DNA of 64,000 nt. Source: Octopus vulgaris. Taxonomy: Eukaryota. The notes below the pieces were generated by a model. That model was not told where the DNA came from and made no database searches. It saw nothing but the letters and a program-made list of their open reading frames with translations. Numbering within the stretch: the stretch's first letter is position 1; every line of letters begins with the position of its first letter. Location: the NCBI GenBank assembly GCA_951406725.2, contig OX597832.1, positions 9,610,001-9,674,000 of the forward strand. Direction: 5' to 3'. Both the position numbers and the translations under genes were made by a program. This document shows, piece by piece, positions 13,076 to 25,964 of this stretch.

Positions 13076-15900
13076 ATGAGCTGTGGCCATGCTGGGGCAC
13101 CGCCATTTGGTGTTGCTACATGGTTTTACTTCACGAAAGCTTTTTAGCATCTGCCATTTGGTGCATGAGAGAGTTCGATGCAGCTGCCCTCATCTGCACC
13201 TCCTGCCGTGAAGTTGGTTCATCTGGGACACCCGACAGGAAGAGATCCAGTTTCATTTTAAAGACATCTGCATCCACCCCATGCAGGTCTCTCAGGTTCT
13301 TCGGGAGGATATTGAAGAGCTGTGGGCCTCGGAAGCCCAGGCTATCACAGTATCTTGTCCTACATCTTGATGGCAAATTTGGAGTCCTAGGCACCACGCA
13401 GTGGCGCCCAGTTCTGGCATTTGTGTAACTCTCGATGCCAAAGTTTGGGACACGTCCCTCCAGGATCTTCCATATGTATATTATGGCATATCTTTCCCGC
13501 CTACGCTCCAAGGAATATAGTTTTAATCTCTTGAGTCTTTCCCAGTAGCTTACATTCTGCATAGAGGCAATCTTCTTCGTGTAGCTACGCTGGATCGCCT
13601 CGAGCTCTGTGATCAACTTGACACTGGACGGTGACCATAACTGAGAGCAATAGTCAAAGTGGCTTAGGACAAGTGTCCTCCAGAGGACCATCATGGTTTC
13701 TTGTTCTCTTGTTCTAAAGGTTCTGAGTATCCATCCAGCCTGTCGTCTACATTTCATTGCCAATTTAGCAACATGTACACGAAAGGTTGCGTCATCACTC
13801 ATGTAAATACCCAGGTCACGCACTGATTGTGCCTCTGGGATTGCTATTCCTCCGGGTCCAGTGTATTCATTGGGTATTGCATTTAGTTTTGCATGCTGAT
13901 AGTATAACGCTTGAAACATTTCAGCATTGAACAGCATGCTATTCTTTTCAGCCCACTTGTATATTTTGTCCAGCTCACATTGCAGGCGTTTAGTGTCCTC
14001 AGGGTTCTGTATTGCCTGTGAAACTTTTGTATCATCTGCATAACTTGTGATCGTGGCTCTCTGCGTGGCTGAGGGCATGTCTGAGAGGGCCATTATGCAC
14101 AGTAGTGGTCCCAGAACAGTGCCCTGCAGAACACCGCTCACTATTTGCGTGTTAATGGAAGTGGCCCCATTGGATACTACCACCTGACTTCTATCTTTCA
14201 GAAAGTCATGAAGCCATTCTCCCAGTTTTCCAACTATGTTGAGATCACGCAGTTAGTGACATATCATTTCATGATCGACTTTATCAAAGGCCTTTGCAAA
14301 GTCGAGATATATCACTTCCACATTTGAGTGGTTGAGCAGCCGTTTCAGCACCCAGTCATAGTGTTGTAGGAGCTGAGTTAAACAGCTTCTCCCTGGTCGG
14401 AAACCATGTTGGGTGTTGGGCAGCAAGTCATTTTCTTCAAGGAAGGTGATCAGTTTCCTTCTGACTATTCGTTCCATGACCTTGCTGATGTGTGAGGTCA
14501 GAGAGATAGGTCTGTAGTTCTTGGCCTCCGCTCTGCTACCTCCTTTGTGAATGGGGCATATTTTACCTTCTTTCAGTTTTCTTGGAAGTTTGCCAGCTGC
14601 AAGGAAGCTCTGAAAGAGGAAGTGCAGAGGTCTTGCTAGGACTCTCTTACATGCTTTTAGGAGGATTGCCGGGAATCCATCGGGGCCAGTAGCTGAGTCT
14701 GTTTTCATTTCATCTATAGCCTTTATTACATCGTCTTCCTTTATATCGATGTAACCTATCGTCGCCGCCTCTGATTTTATATCTGCAGTGGTAAACAAGT
14801 CAGTTGGATTGGTGATTTGGAGATGCCCAAGGGGTGGAGTGAAAACACTCTTGAATTGCTCATTCAGTATTTCACTTACCCTCATTGGTTTTCCTGTAAG
14901 TGTGCCATCCTTTTCAAGCAGTGGCCCTCTTCTACAGTACACCGTGGCTGTTTCTTTGGCATACCTGTAGAAAGCTCTGGGGTTAGATTTTATGTTGTCT
15001 ATAGCCCAGGCTTCTTTGTCTGCTCTTTCCTATTCATGGGAGAGTTGCAGACATTTTTCAATTTCCAACAGTTTTATTTTTAGGCGGGACTTTTCACTGT
15101 TTTCAATCTGTTTGTTTAGGCGATTTGAAATTTTTGTACGCCGTCTCATTAAAATTTTCCTCTCTCTGGGGATTTTGTTCTTGTGTACAGTGGCCTTTCT
15201 CTCTGGGACACATTTGTAGCATATGGCTTGAATTACAGACATGAATTGTTGAAGTTTCACGTCGATGTCTGGCGAGGAGAGACATTTAGGCCAGTCTTGT
15301 TTGAGGATCTCTTTCTCAATTTGTTTCCAGTTTGCCTTATGGTAGTTCAAGCTGGAAAGATTCTGAGGGTTTCTTGTAGGCTGCATGTCCGTGCTCTCTT
15401 TTGGCCCGTACATGGTCAGCTCTACCATGTTGTGATCCGAGAGAGGTGTCGGTGTCACTTTCACATTATGGATGAGATCCATGTCATTTGTGAAGCAGAG
15501 ATCCAGTGTGTTACCTGCCCTGGTTGGTTAGAGTATTACTTGCTCCATGTACAGGGTGTTGATGAGGTTCAGGAGGGACCTCGCCTGTCCTCGTTCACAT
15601 CTTGTCATTCCTGGGAGAGAAAGGCCCTCGGGCCATCTGACATTGGGTAGATTGAAGTCTCCCATAAGAAGTACACTTATGTGTTGTTCTAATGTGATTA
15701 GAACTTCTTCTATTTTTATAAGGCAGTCTTCAAACTTGCCCACATAGCTTGGGGCATCTGGAGGACGATATGTAGCACACACAACTACATCAAGTTGCCT
15801 TATATGTACAATTAGTGTGTCACACACCGAGTTTGAGTATGACAAGAGGACCTGGGGTGTGAGGTCCTCACGGATGTACATAGCAACTCCTCCATGAATC
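13043..15900 (-). mobile_element. CR1-type LINE, 5'-truncated inside the endonuclease, with intact 3' end and (AATC)n tail
   Basis: EN motifs GGVAMYI, YRPP, MGDFN, SDH. RT motifs GPDG, NYRPISLTS, QHGFR, YLDFAKAFDKVDH, GVLQG, YADDTK. C-terminal SYWERLKRLKLYSLERRRER typical of CR1. Short tandem-repeat tail. Confidence 0.93.
13131..15896 (-). pseudogene. CR1 ORF2 (APE-RT): one reading frame broken by three nonsense codons
   Basis: ORFs 15528-15935, 15030-15482, 14253-14942 and 13131-14183 share one frame; stops are TAA (15528-30), TAG (15030-32) and TAA (14253-55). Confidence 0.92.
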
Positions 15901-15935
15901 AGGCAACTCCTCCATGAATCAGGCAATTCCTCCAT
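15883..15935. repeat. 20-bp tandem repeat (2.6 copies) at the CR1 5' junction
   Basis: GCAACTCCTCCATGAATCAG twice, then GCAATTCCTCCAT. Confidence 0.95.
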
Positions 15936-16066
15936 TTATATATATATATATGCCTGTATATATACATATAGATGTAGGTATGTACATATATGTATGTATG
16001 CATATGTTTTATTTATTAAATTGTTATTATATGACTGAACGCCTCGCGTCGTTTCTTATTGTCCAA

Positions 16067-16116
<50 letters not shown>

Positions 16117-16210
16117 GTATATAAAATGAAGTATAAGGAAAGGGAAAAAATAATTAAGTGTAGACGAACTTTAATCCAATTGAATTCCAAGTTGCTTAGA
16201 ACCATTATAT

Positions 16211-16300
16211 ATTTTACAAGTTGTTTCAGCGCCTAATTAATTCCAAAGACAAAGACTAAAAACTGTTCATGAAATACAAATTAGATTCCTCTTCAGGAAT
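16211..16300 (-). ncRNA. Variant hammerhead motif with a long stem II region, in a cassette between TA/CA tracts
   Basis: Minus strand ATTC-CTGAAGA-GG..TCTAATT...AATTAGGCGCT-GAAA-CAACTTG-TA-AAAT; palindromic stem III and GUA triplet, imperfect stem I. Confidence 0.45.
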
Positions 16301-16412
16301 TACATACTGCTATAAATGATAAGACCAATTAAAATATACAAAATATAGGTAACCCAGATGTGAACAAATAAACGAACGAAAACAAGAACGCCAGATATTC
16401 AAAACTAGAAAG

Positions 16413-16490
16413 ACGCACACACACACATACACACACGCACATACACACACACACACACACACATACACACACATACACACACACACACAT

Positions 16491-16538
<48 letters not shown>
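16413..16538. repeat. (CA)n-(TA)n microsatellite
   Basis: Directly visible. Confidence 0.97.
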
Positions 16539-16542
<4 letters not shown>

Positions 16543-17099
16543 GTCCATACTTAAACTTAGTAATATGGTAAAATCGAACGAAAATAAAATAAAAAATAAA
16601 AAACAAATTTTTAGTTTACAAAATAGCCCTCTACAAGTAAAATAGAACGGCTAGAGAGAGAAAGAGAGAGAGAGAGAGTAGTAGCATTGAAGAGAGAGGA
16701 GTGAAAATTGTGAAGGGGAGGCAGAGAGAGTAATAGCCATGTCTGAGAGAGTGAGAGAAAATATTGACCGTTTGTTAAAGAAGAACGTGGAGTGTATTTT
16801 CTGATGAATGAGAACCGAAGTGGGGAATAAAGTAAAAGAGAGTCATTCAACTCTGTGTGAGTATATGTGTATACGTGTGTATATGAAAAAGGGAGGTATG
16901 AGAAAGTGTGTGTGTGTTTATGCGTGTGCGTCTCTCTGCGTATGTGGGAATGTGTGTGTGCGTGCGTAATGGAAACGTACGACACTGAAGATAAAAACAG
17001 ATAATTCCAATTTTGTTTGAGTATGAGTTTTTATGTGTGCGACTCGGAAATATTTGAATTTTTGTTATTGCGATTGTTCTCTACTTCATTTTGCATCTT

Positions 17100-18800
17100 G
17101 TTTAAATAACAATTAGCCATCAATTATAAAAGGCGTGAAGTCAACTAATAAATAAATACAGAAATAACAATACGGTAGTAAGATAATTAATTGAATTAAA
17201 TATAAAAAATCCACCGTCTCACAAACACAGATGTACCAAAGTTAAAATACTCTCAATATCTTTAAAAAATTATATTTTAAAAATCAAATTATAGGATAGA
17301 GCTAGTGTAGTAAAAAGCAAACGGGGAACCTGAAATTATGAAACCCTCAAAAATCGCTAAATCATCTAATAAGACACTTATAACATACAACCTTATTAAA
17401 AATTTTTAAGCAGGTACTTATTCTTATGAACACAGAAAAACCCCTTTCAGATTTAAAGTTTAGCAGCCTCCATCTAGAAAACAGAATCAAAAATAATTCC
17501 TCAGAACAAAGGGAGCAGAACCTATTGCCAATCGTATAAGCCGGGGCCGTCCATAGAATGCTCCATTCAGTAAAGTACGTTTTATTATTATCTTTAAGAT
17601 TCCAGATGAAATTACTAACACTAGAAGAAGCCCCATTTCTGTTCCTTAAGGAATGGTAATGAATCAAAACACTTTTCTTAATATAATTAGCAGGGGAACG
17701 AATATAAAAGTAATTATTACCTTCAGAAATAACTTTAGCTTGTTAGACGACTTTCCTACGCTCGTAAAAGTTACCAAATAAACAATTATCTTTGTTTCTA
17801 CAATCACAAAAGGAATTCTCACTCCTATTTGCACCTTCATCAATTGAATTATCATTAAGTGAAAGGCTATTACCTCCACTTATATTAGAAATAGAATTCA
17901 AGCCATCCCTGCCAAACTGGCTATTAGGAAAATCATTAACATTAGTACGCCTGGAATCAGTCTCACTAATATTAATTAAGTTATCCCGAAGATAAATACT
18001 GGATAATTTCTTTTCACTAATAGAATAAATAATCTGAGATAGATTCCTAGAGACCGAAAAAGCAATTTTAATGGATCTCAAATTCAAAATCTCATAATAT
18101 CTACTTTTTTTTTATTGAACTGCTTTAAAACCAATTTGTAAACTGGCGTTAACTAAGTCATTTTTAATTGACCGACAAAGGGAATAACAAACCAAATATG
18201 TTAATCTTGTCCAAAACTAAATTAGAATGAACTAAATTATTTACCATATAGACCAACTTAAAATTATAACATTTTAGCAAATAATTATATTTGCATTTGT
18301 GAACATTAATATCTGTAATTAAAGAGTTACTCTCACAATAGTTATGCCCACTTTCTGTTTAGATTTAAAATCGAATCCATAACCATTACTAGTAAGTTTC
18401 GATTTATCAGTATAATTACTGTTAGGAGTATTTAGCTATTCAATATTCTTATTGTAGCCGGCCTTTTTAAGAGCTATATTATAGTAATCAGTATTCCTAT
18501 CAAAAACTTTCTCACAAGAAGATAATGCAGAACTTCTTCTAGAGATATTGTAAACTAGAAAGTATTTTTAACACAGCCTGGATGAATACTTTCTGAATAA
18601 ATATATTACATATTAGAGTTAGGCTTATGATATTGTTTGTAAATATCATTAATTGAATTGAAGTTAACATCTAGGGAGTTGAGAGATACATGCTCATTTA
18701 ATATTGTGATTGATAAAGCGAAGATAATTCTAAAAAAAAAACAGTAAAACTTCTTTCTATATAAGTCCAATTCCCTATTTGTAACATTTTAAAGAGTGAA
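17100..18800 (-). mobile_element. Penelope-like element relic (RT C-terminus/thumb and GIY-YIG endonuclease), 5'-truncated at (TA)n
   Basis: Minus-strand pieces YKQYHKPNSNVIYI..SIHP, LSSCEKVFDRNTDYYNIALKKAGY, CDCRNKDNCLFG..RKVV, SNFIWNLKDNNK..WSIL..APAY..FCSLCSEE..LLNFKSE. This matches the Cys-rich linker plus GIY-YIG layout of Neptune-like PLEs. Confidence 0.85.
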
Positions 18801-18803
18801 CTG

Positions 18804-18855
<52 letters not shown>

Positions 18856-18871
18856 TATGCATATGTGTATG

Positions 18872-18922
<51 letters not shown>

Positions 18923-18925
<3 letters not shown>

Positions 18926-19105
18926 ATGTTACATTACTCGGTAGTCAAGATAAAACTCTGAGTTTCAGATGCCGAAGTGGAAATCCACAACACCATCTCT
19001 TCGGTTATCTGGCTATTTCTGTATACAGAAATAGCCAGATAACCGAAGAGATGGATATCGGCATCTGAAACTCAGAGTTTATCTTGACTAGTAATGTAAC
19101 ATATT
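18923..19105. mobile_element. Foldback PLE-like cassette with a hammerhead variant on each arm, between (TA)n tracts
   Basis: Loop-less inverted repeat centred on GTA|TAC (19021-19026); arms differ only by small indels. Confidence 0.8.
18948..19010 (-). ncRNA. Type I hammerhead variant (CCGAAGA core)
   Basis: AGATAA-CCGAAGA-GATG...CATC-T-GAAA-CTCAGAG-TT-TTATCT: 6-bp stem I, palindromic stem III, GUU triplet. Mirror copy at 19037-19084 on the plus strand. Confidence 0.65.
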
Positions 19106-19176
19106 ATATAGATAAATTTCCTCTATTTACATAATATTGAGGTCTCTTTCTTTCTTTTGTTATCTTACCGTTTTAT

Positions 19177-19237
<61 letters not shown>

Positions 19238-19361
19238 GAGACAAATTAGGCAAATCAAACAGTGAAAAACATAAACCAATACATAGAAATAAAATCAAGT
19301 AATATAATATACAAAATATATAAAGTATAAAATTCAAAATTTAAATTATTTGAATTTAAAG

Positions 19362-19547
<186 letters not shown>

Positions 19548-19983
19548 TTTTAAACAAGACATATACAGAATTTTTGGAGCCTTGATTAGAGAAAGAAGAA
19601 AGCAGTAAAAAGTTAAACAGATATTTACAGGAGTGATTAATTTAATGGGAGTTTAAAAGAGCTCAAGCTTTCTCTCGCTTGCAATAAATTGTTGCTTCTA
19701 GTCATTAAATAGCTGACATGGTTCTTTCGTTTTCCTTTCATTGTTTACTTATTATAAAATAAGAGAGCGAAAATTTCATTTTAGCTGTAGATTTCTCCAA
19801 ATTGTTTGGGAAGAATTTGAAACGGGAGCATGTGCCTATGTGTGTGTGTATGTGTATATGTGTGTTTGTGTGAGTGTATATAAGAAACAGTGTTGATGTT
19901 TGAAAATAAACTTTTCATTAGTAACAGAAATAACATTTGGAATATCCAGCATTTCTTGGTTTACTTCAACTGAAAATTAATCG

Positions 19984-20221
19984 TATTTCTTTACTTCCCA
20001 CAAGGGGCTACACACTAAGAGGACAAACAAGGACAGACAAACGCATTAAGCCGCTTATATCGACCCCAGTGCGTAACTGGTACTTATTTAATCAACCCCG
20101 AAACACATACTGAAAGGCAAAGCCGATCTCGGCGGAATTTGAGCTCAGAACATAAAGACAGATGAAATACCGCAAAGCATTTCGCCCGGCGTGCTAACCT
20201 TTCTGCCAAGCTCGCCGCCTT
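19984..20221 (-). mobile_element. SINE family M, monomer
   Basis: Reverse complement of the 29361 and 47407 copies (AGGCGGCGAGC..GGCAGAA..GTTAGCACGCCGGGCGAAATGC..). Confidence 0.9.
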
Positions 20222-22186
20222 AGTGAAAAATTAATCTTGTTAATAAAAAGTTCTCATGTTGTGATAAATATCCTTTTTATATGCTTTATAAATGTTGCCT
20301 CATAAATTTATTTCTATTTTACACTTTGCAATCGTTCAGTCATTTATAGGACGAAATGCCGTTGAATCTGTTGTTTAATTCTACGTTTGCTTCTTAGGAT
20401 CTCTCTCTCTCTCTCTCTCTCACTTTTTCTCTCTCTCAAACACACACATTTAAAACCCTTCTCAAATAATTTGGGGTATCTTTAAAACATTTCGGTTCAA
20501 TTTTATTCTCCAAAAGTCAACCACTGAATATATGACCAAAATCCCTGTCAGCCATTTAATGACCAAAAGCAAAAAGATCATTGCAATTGATAGAAATTAT
20601 TGCAAATGGTAGAAATCTTGACATCTTTTGACCTTTCATCAAATAAACCCCTCCTCAAAACACACATTGTTTGTTTTATTTTCCTTCCCTCTCGAACCAA
20701 ATTTCTAAAATTTTCATATATGCTCCGTTTAAGAAGTCACCACACACGCAAATATATAAACACACATACAAACATATAAGGATTCAAAATAACAAAAAGC
20801 AACTCAAATATCCGTTTTCCAGACCCAAGGCAAGAAATCGAACAACTGAACCTTTTCCAGAAATACGCATATATAGACAAAAAAGGGAAACATTTTTTGT
20901 GCAGTCACAATTCATGACGCATCCTCGAAGTGGATGAAAGGGCTCAATGATTTGCATTTATTCAAATTCTGATTACTTTCTTCTCTTATCAATATATAAA
21001 AATGTGTTCAACGCTACATATAATATGCACGTATTTAGATTGGTGATCAAGACGTCAAAATGAATAGATTCAGTCTAATTCACTACTGATGGACACCATG
21101 AATTCGGAGGGAATCCTTAGAGAAATATGTTGAACCTAATTATCTAAAAGGTTAACGTTCATATCTCAAAACTCAACATATTATTCATCAATATACAGTT
21201 GTGAATGATATCAATATAAAAAAAATAAGTTCTCTTTAAATATAATCCAGCGATAAGAGCTAGAGATACGCATATTTTCAATGCAGTAAACCTAACTCAA
21301 AGTGTAATATACAAACAGTTAACAGAAATGGATATACAGAAATAAGCTCAATCGAGCCCGCAAACATGAATATTGGAAAATCAGTTGATGTGATATAATA
21401 GCCTGCATTCTTTCAATCTCTTTGCTTCAAATGTACATGCATCTACATGACACGCATATAGCGATAGTTTATCCACCATACACCTCACACACTCACATAA
21501 ACGTTTATGCCAATACATAACATTGTATATATGCTACAGATTCCCGGACAGATTGCCCGCTGCAAACCCAATGCAGAAGATTCAACGTCGTATACCGATG
21601 CACGGTTCACAACATGGTAAATAACTCTTGTAGCTGCTACATTGGTTCTAGCACTAATTTTAAACAAAGATATCACGCACAATTAAACTCGTATAAATAT
21701 AAGGAGAACAGCAATTCCACATCACTAACCAGCGACATACACCATCTAATTAGTAGAAAAATACAGGAACTTTGGTAGTAATTGTGAAATTATACATATG
21801 CACATATGGGAGTGTATATGTATATACACTTATGCACATGCATACAGGCATATATATACATATATGCACACGTACGTGCACACATGGGCTATAATAGTCT
21901 CTAGGTACTCTATATCAGGACCAAAACTCTCCTTGTGGACTTTGCTTAAAAGAAGCTCTCGAAATTCTAACCCAGAACTCACCACAATTGCTTAATAGAA
22001 TGATGTGTCAGCATAAATTCTTCCGCACTTTTAAATTCTTCCATAAATCTAAATGTAAGCTCATCCCCTATGAATTGCACCCACATACAAATGCCTGTGA
22101 TTATTAATGCATACCTTTTCTATATCCCTATAACTCTTATTCCTACCTTATGTCTTACCTCATATCTATGTACCGAACCTCATCAT

Positions 22187-22505
22187 CAGACCGGGCGTTC
22201 TGAGTGTTTATTGAGCGAAAACACCTAAAGCTCCACGAGTCTCCGGTAGGGGATGGTGGTGATCCCTGCTGTACACTTTCACCACAACCTTCTCTCATTC
22301 TTACTTCCTGTTTCTGTTGTACCTGTATTTCAAAGGGCCGGCCTTGTCACTCTCTGTGTCACGCTGAATATCCCCGAGAACTACGTTAAGGGTACACGTG
22401 TCTGTGGAGTGCTCAGCCACTTACACGTTAATTTCACGAGCAGGCTGTTCCGTTGGTCGGATGCACCGGAACCCTTATCGTCGTAACCGACGGAGTGCTT
22501 CCCCC
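22187..22505 (+). mobile_element. SINE family A, 5'-truncated, with 10-bp target-site duplication
   Basis: ACCTCATCAT at 22177-22186 and 22506-22515 flanks the copy. Confidence 0.95.
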
Positions 22506-23299
22506 ACCTCATCATACTATGAGTTAAATATTAAATCTTTAATTTATCCTTAATAAATTTTAAACCTTAGCCCAATAAATACCCTACTATAAACCCCTAC
22601 GTTCAACTAACCCTTCCTTTCTCGACTCCTTACGCACACACAACCCCTTTGCTAAAAATAACTCTACAGACTCTGACCTTACCCAGGACGGACAAAAATA
22701 TTTACTACCAAATTTCCTCCCCAACAACTTTAGATTTTGAGTCTACCAGACATCTACTACACTCTTCAAGTTCCTTTAATTTCGCTCTATTTTGTTTTTA
22801 CCATATCCTCCTCTACATTCCCATCTTCTGTCTTATCTTCTCTGCTACCATGAACACAATTTGAGACAACATAAACATATGCACCTGACTTTATCCTATA
22901 GCCAATCGTTAAAACCCCCCACTACCTCACTCTATATACCTCTCTTTCTCTTTCTTTTCTTTTCTTTACTTTTACCAATTGATAGCCACGCCCGTTACCA
23001 TTCTGTTATTGGACGTTGATACGTTCGCGTCTTTTTCTTGGTATGTCTTCTATATCAGTACTTTAACCCATATGAATACGCATAGGATTGCACCCAAAGT
23101 CGTACGCTCATGGATCTGCGCCAGGATTGCACCTAAGGACTCCTGCTCTGGTTTCTATAACTTCGGAAAGTTGAACTATGAACTTTTATGCTTCTTTTTA
23201 CTTCTCTCTTTCCATCTCCTTATTCTTTTATTCCCTTCCTCTATGTTATCAGCTTATTGATATATACCATTCACATTTTCCATATTGTTTACCCTCTTT

Positions 23300-23355
23300 G
23301 TCTTTGATGACAGAAGAGCCCATACTCCGAGGTACCCCAGAAAGAGTTGTAAGAT
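23300..23355 (+). ncRNA. Degenerate hammerhead motif (probable PLE pLTR relic)
   Basis: GTCT-TTGATGA-...-GAAA-GAGTT-GTA-AGAT; core C3 mutated, stems II and III eroded. Confidence 0.35.
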
Positions 23356-23377
23356 TTTGTATATCTTCCTATAATAA

Positions 23378-23749
23378 TCTCTCTATATATAAACGGCAGT
23401 TTGTCTGTGTGTGTTTCTGTGTGTCTGTTAGGTTGTACCCTCACCCTGACCACGGCTTTCAACCGATTCTGATGAAACTTGACACACACATAGCCCAATG
23501 TCATAATTCAAAACTAACGCAGCGAAAATTTTGAAAAGTTCCCCCAGTTCTGAAAAAAATCGATAAATTCGACATCGGGTCGAGAATCAGAAACACAAAC
23601 CACAGACTGTCTAGGGGACGCAACTCGACCTTTTTAACTAAAAAAAAACATTACCATCATTTTTTTTCCATTTTTTGGCTATAACTCTCTAAAAATGCTT
23701 TATAGTTATTTCCCTTACAAACCCGAGCAACGCCGGGCGATACTGCTAG
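23378..23749 (+). mobile_element. Non-autonomous Helitron
   Basis: 5' TC terminus, 3' CTAG terminus, GC hairpin CCCG-A-GC-AAC-GC-CGGG (23722-23737) 12 nt before the end, inserted between A and T with no TSD, and a (TGTC/TG) tract near the 5' end. Confidence 0.88.
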
Positions 23750-23952
23750 TATTCTATATGATTTGAGATATTTGCCTTGCCTTAATGTTTGACGTCCTGC
23801 TTAACTATTATATATCCACTACATCGGAAATCTGCAATGGCTCTATAACCACCGTCTCGGCTATAACATTGGAGCACCAGTAATCCATTACAGCACTTAC
23901 CTAGCATACCTAATCGGTTAGAAAACCTGTGACCTAAACTCCCCATATTTTG

Positions 23953-23992
23953 TTTGTATGTATGTATGTATGTATGTATGTATGTATGTATG

Positions 23993-24061
<69 letters not shown>

Positions 24062-24122
24062 TTATGTGCATACACAACATTATATATATATGCATGTCTC
24101 ATCTCTCTCTCTCTCTCTCTCT

Positions 24123-24157
<35 letters not shown>
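23953..24157. repeat. (TATG)n-(TA)n-(TC)n microsatellites
   Basis: Directly visible. Confidence 0.95.
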
Positions 24158-24160
<3 letters not shown>

Positions 24161-24239
24161 GCCTCATCTAAAGGTATCGTCGGCCGTCATTTTAGAATAA
24201 ACTGCCGATGTACAGTTCCTTTCTAATTAACAATGAGCT

Positions 24240-25315
24240 CAATATAGATGGTACTCGTAGGTAAACAGCTTGCATCTACAAGGTTGAATGGGACTCAATT
24301 GAAAAACGGATTATCCATCAAAATTGGCTTAAAAGCCTAGTCTGTCTGTGCAAGACATTGATGTGAAACTTAAAGAATCCCTGTCAATAATGTAGGCAAT
24401 ACGCATTAAATTTGCCTCAGAGAATATAGCGATTATATACAAACATCATTCCAGAAACGGAGAATAAAGATCTGCAATCGGTTAAATGGACAACTTAATA
24501 ACAACTTACTAATACCCTCAGGTGATGTACTATTAAAGAGCGAAATAATCTCAGACTCTCCCATGAAATGAAAAGGGTAGGAAGAGAAACTAAGGCGGTG
24601 AAAAATATAAAATGAATCTCTAACACTTTTACAAATTTACTGAAGACTCTGTCTTGGGGCACTATAAAATAGGACCAATGTTTGAAAAAGAAGGCTGGCC
24701 GGATTTACTGGAAACACCAAGAGGGTAAATGAAGTGCTAAATAAACAATGCAATGTGTTGTTGCCCCTCCACTGGATAATATGCAAATACTCAAGCCTGG
24801 AGCGCTTTAAAACATTGCAGATCTACATCAGAAAAAAAAACCTGTCCATTACATCGATATAAATGATGTAATGTGATGAGTTAGAACTCATCAAGGAATT
24901 CAGATGAATTATGTTCAATTCAAAGCTGAGAATTTTCAAGCATTCCAGCATCGGCTCACAAACATACATCATTTGGAATACACGGGACCAGTGGGTAGTG
25001 CAATACCAAAACCAGACTCAGTGCCTGACCTGGGAATTCCTATGAGTAATGATATAACATTCCATATTACCAACATGGTAACAATGTGCAGGCGAGTAAT
25101 TGAAAGAGTTCGGAGATCATTCAGAAATCAAAGGAGGCTATAACTGATAGTGAAACTAGGCAATCCAGCACCACCATGCAAGGAATATTGAATCGGTGAA
25201 ATAGACAAGCTACTAGGAGAGGCTAAATAAACTCAGACACTATTCCTTTGAGGGAAGACTTGAGAGATGTGAGGTAATGTGCTGTGGAATGTCCTGGAAG
25301 GATTAACTTCCAATA
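24240..25315 (+). mobile_element. Old, internally deleted CR1-type LINE relic
   Basis: ORF 24904-25143 EYTGPVGSAIPKPDSVPDLGIPMSNDITF matches EYTGPGGIAIPEAQSVRDLGIYMSDDATF of the 13 kb element; GPMFEKEG and WNVLEGLTSN also match. Confidence 0.8.
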
Positions 25316-25826
25316 TATGTGTATGTGTGCCTGTGTGTGTTCGTATATGTGTATATGGTGTACATGTGTATATACATATATACTCTCATATGTGCATATG
25401 TATAATTTCGCATGCATGGGCACTTTACGAATATAGAGATTCACATATACCTATCAATTCATGTATATACCGTCGGACATAAAAATATTCTCCATATATA
25501 TATATATTCCCTGTATCAAGAGATATGCAAGCAGACATGCATAAACTCAGAAATACTATAAAACAGGCAAATATAAATTTTCGAGCGCATCTCTATATAT
25601 TCGTGTACACCCACAGGAGGTGCACCTCCATAGTTGCTCCTCCTTCGAAAAGTGTCATCGAAATTTCTTCAAGACCTGTTACGTAGAGAACCAATTATAT
25701 CAGCCAATAACGAAAATATGATAATAAATCACCCTAAATTTATGTCTGGAATACATAAGATTATACATCTCGATCATAATGCATTTTGCGCTGTATAGAA
25801 TCAGCATATTCTTCGAAATTTATGAT

Positions 25827-25894
25827 ATTATATGGGAAATATATCATACAAAAGTATGGTATTATATGGGAAATATATCATACAAAAGTATGGT
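25827..25894. repeat. Approximately 34-bp tandem duplication
   Basis: TATTATATGGGAAATATATCATACAAAAGTATGG occurs twice. Confidence 0.9.
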
Positions 25895-25964
25895 ATCAGC
25901 ATACCACAGAATTCACTTCAATTTCATATTTATTTCAAAACATTAATTTTTTTACGATCTCCTA

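Noticed and set aside
14253-15530. Idea that the three in-frame TAA/TAG stops of the CR1 ORF are recoded by A-to-I editing or an alternative code
   Set aside because: Editing would give Trp where Gln/Lys-type residues are expected, the copy is 5'-truncated, and single-base nonsense mutations explain the stops.
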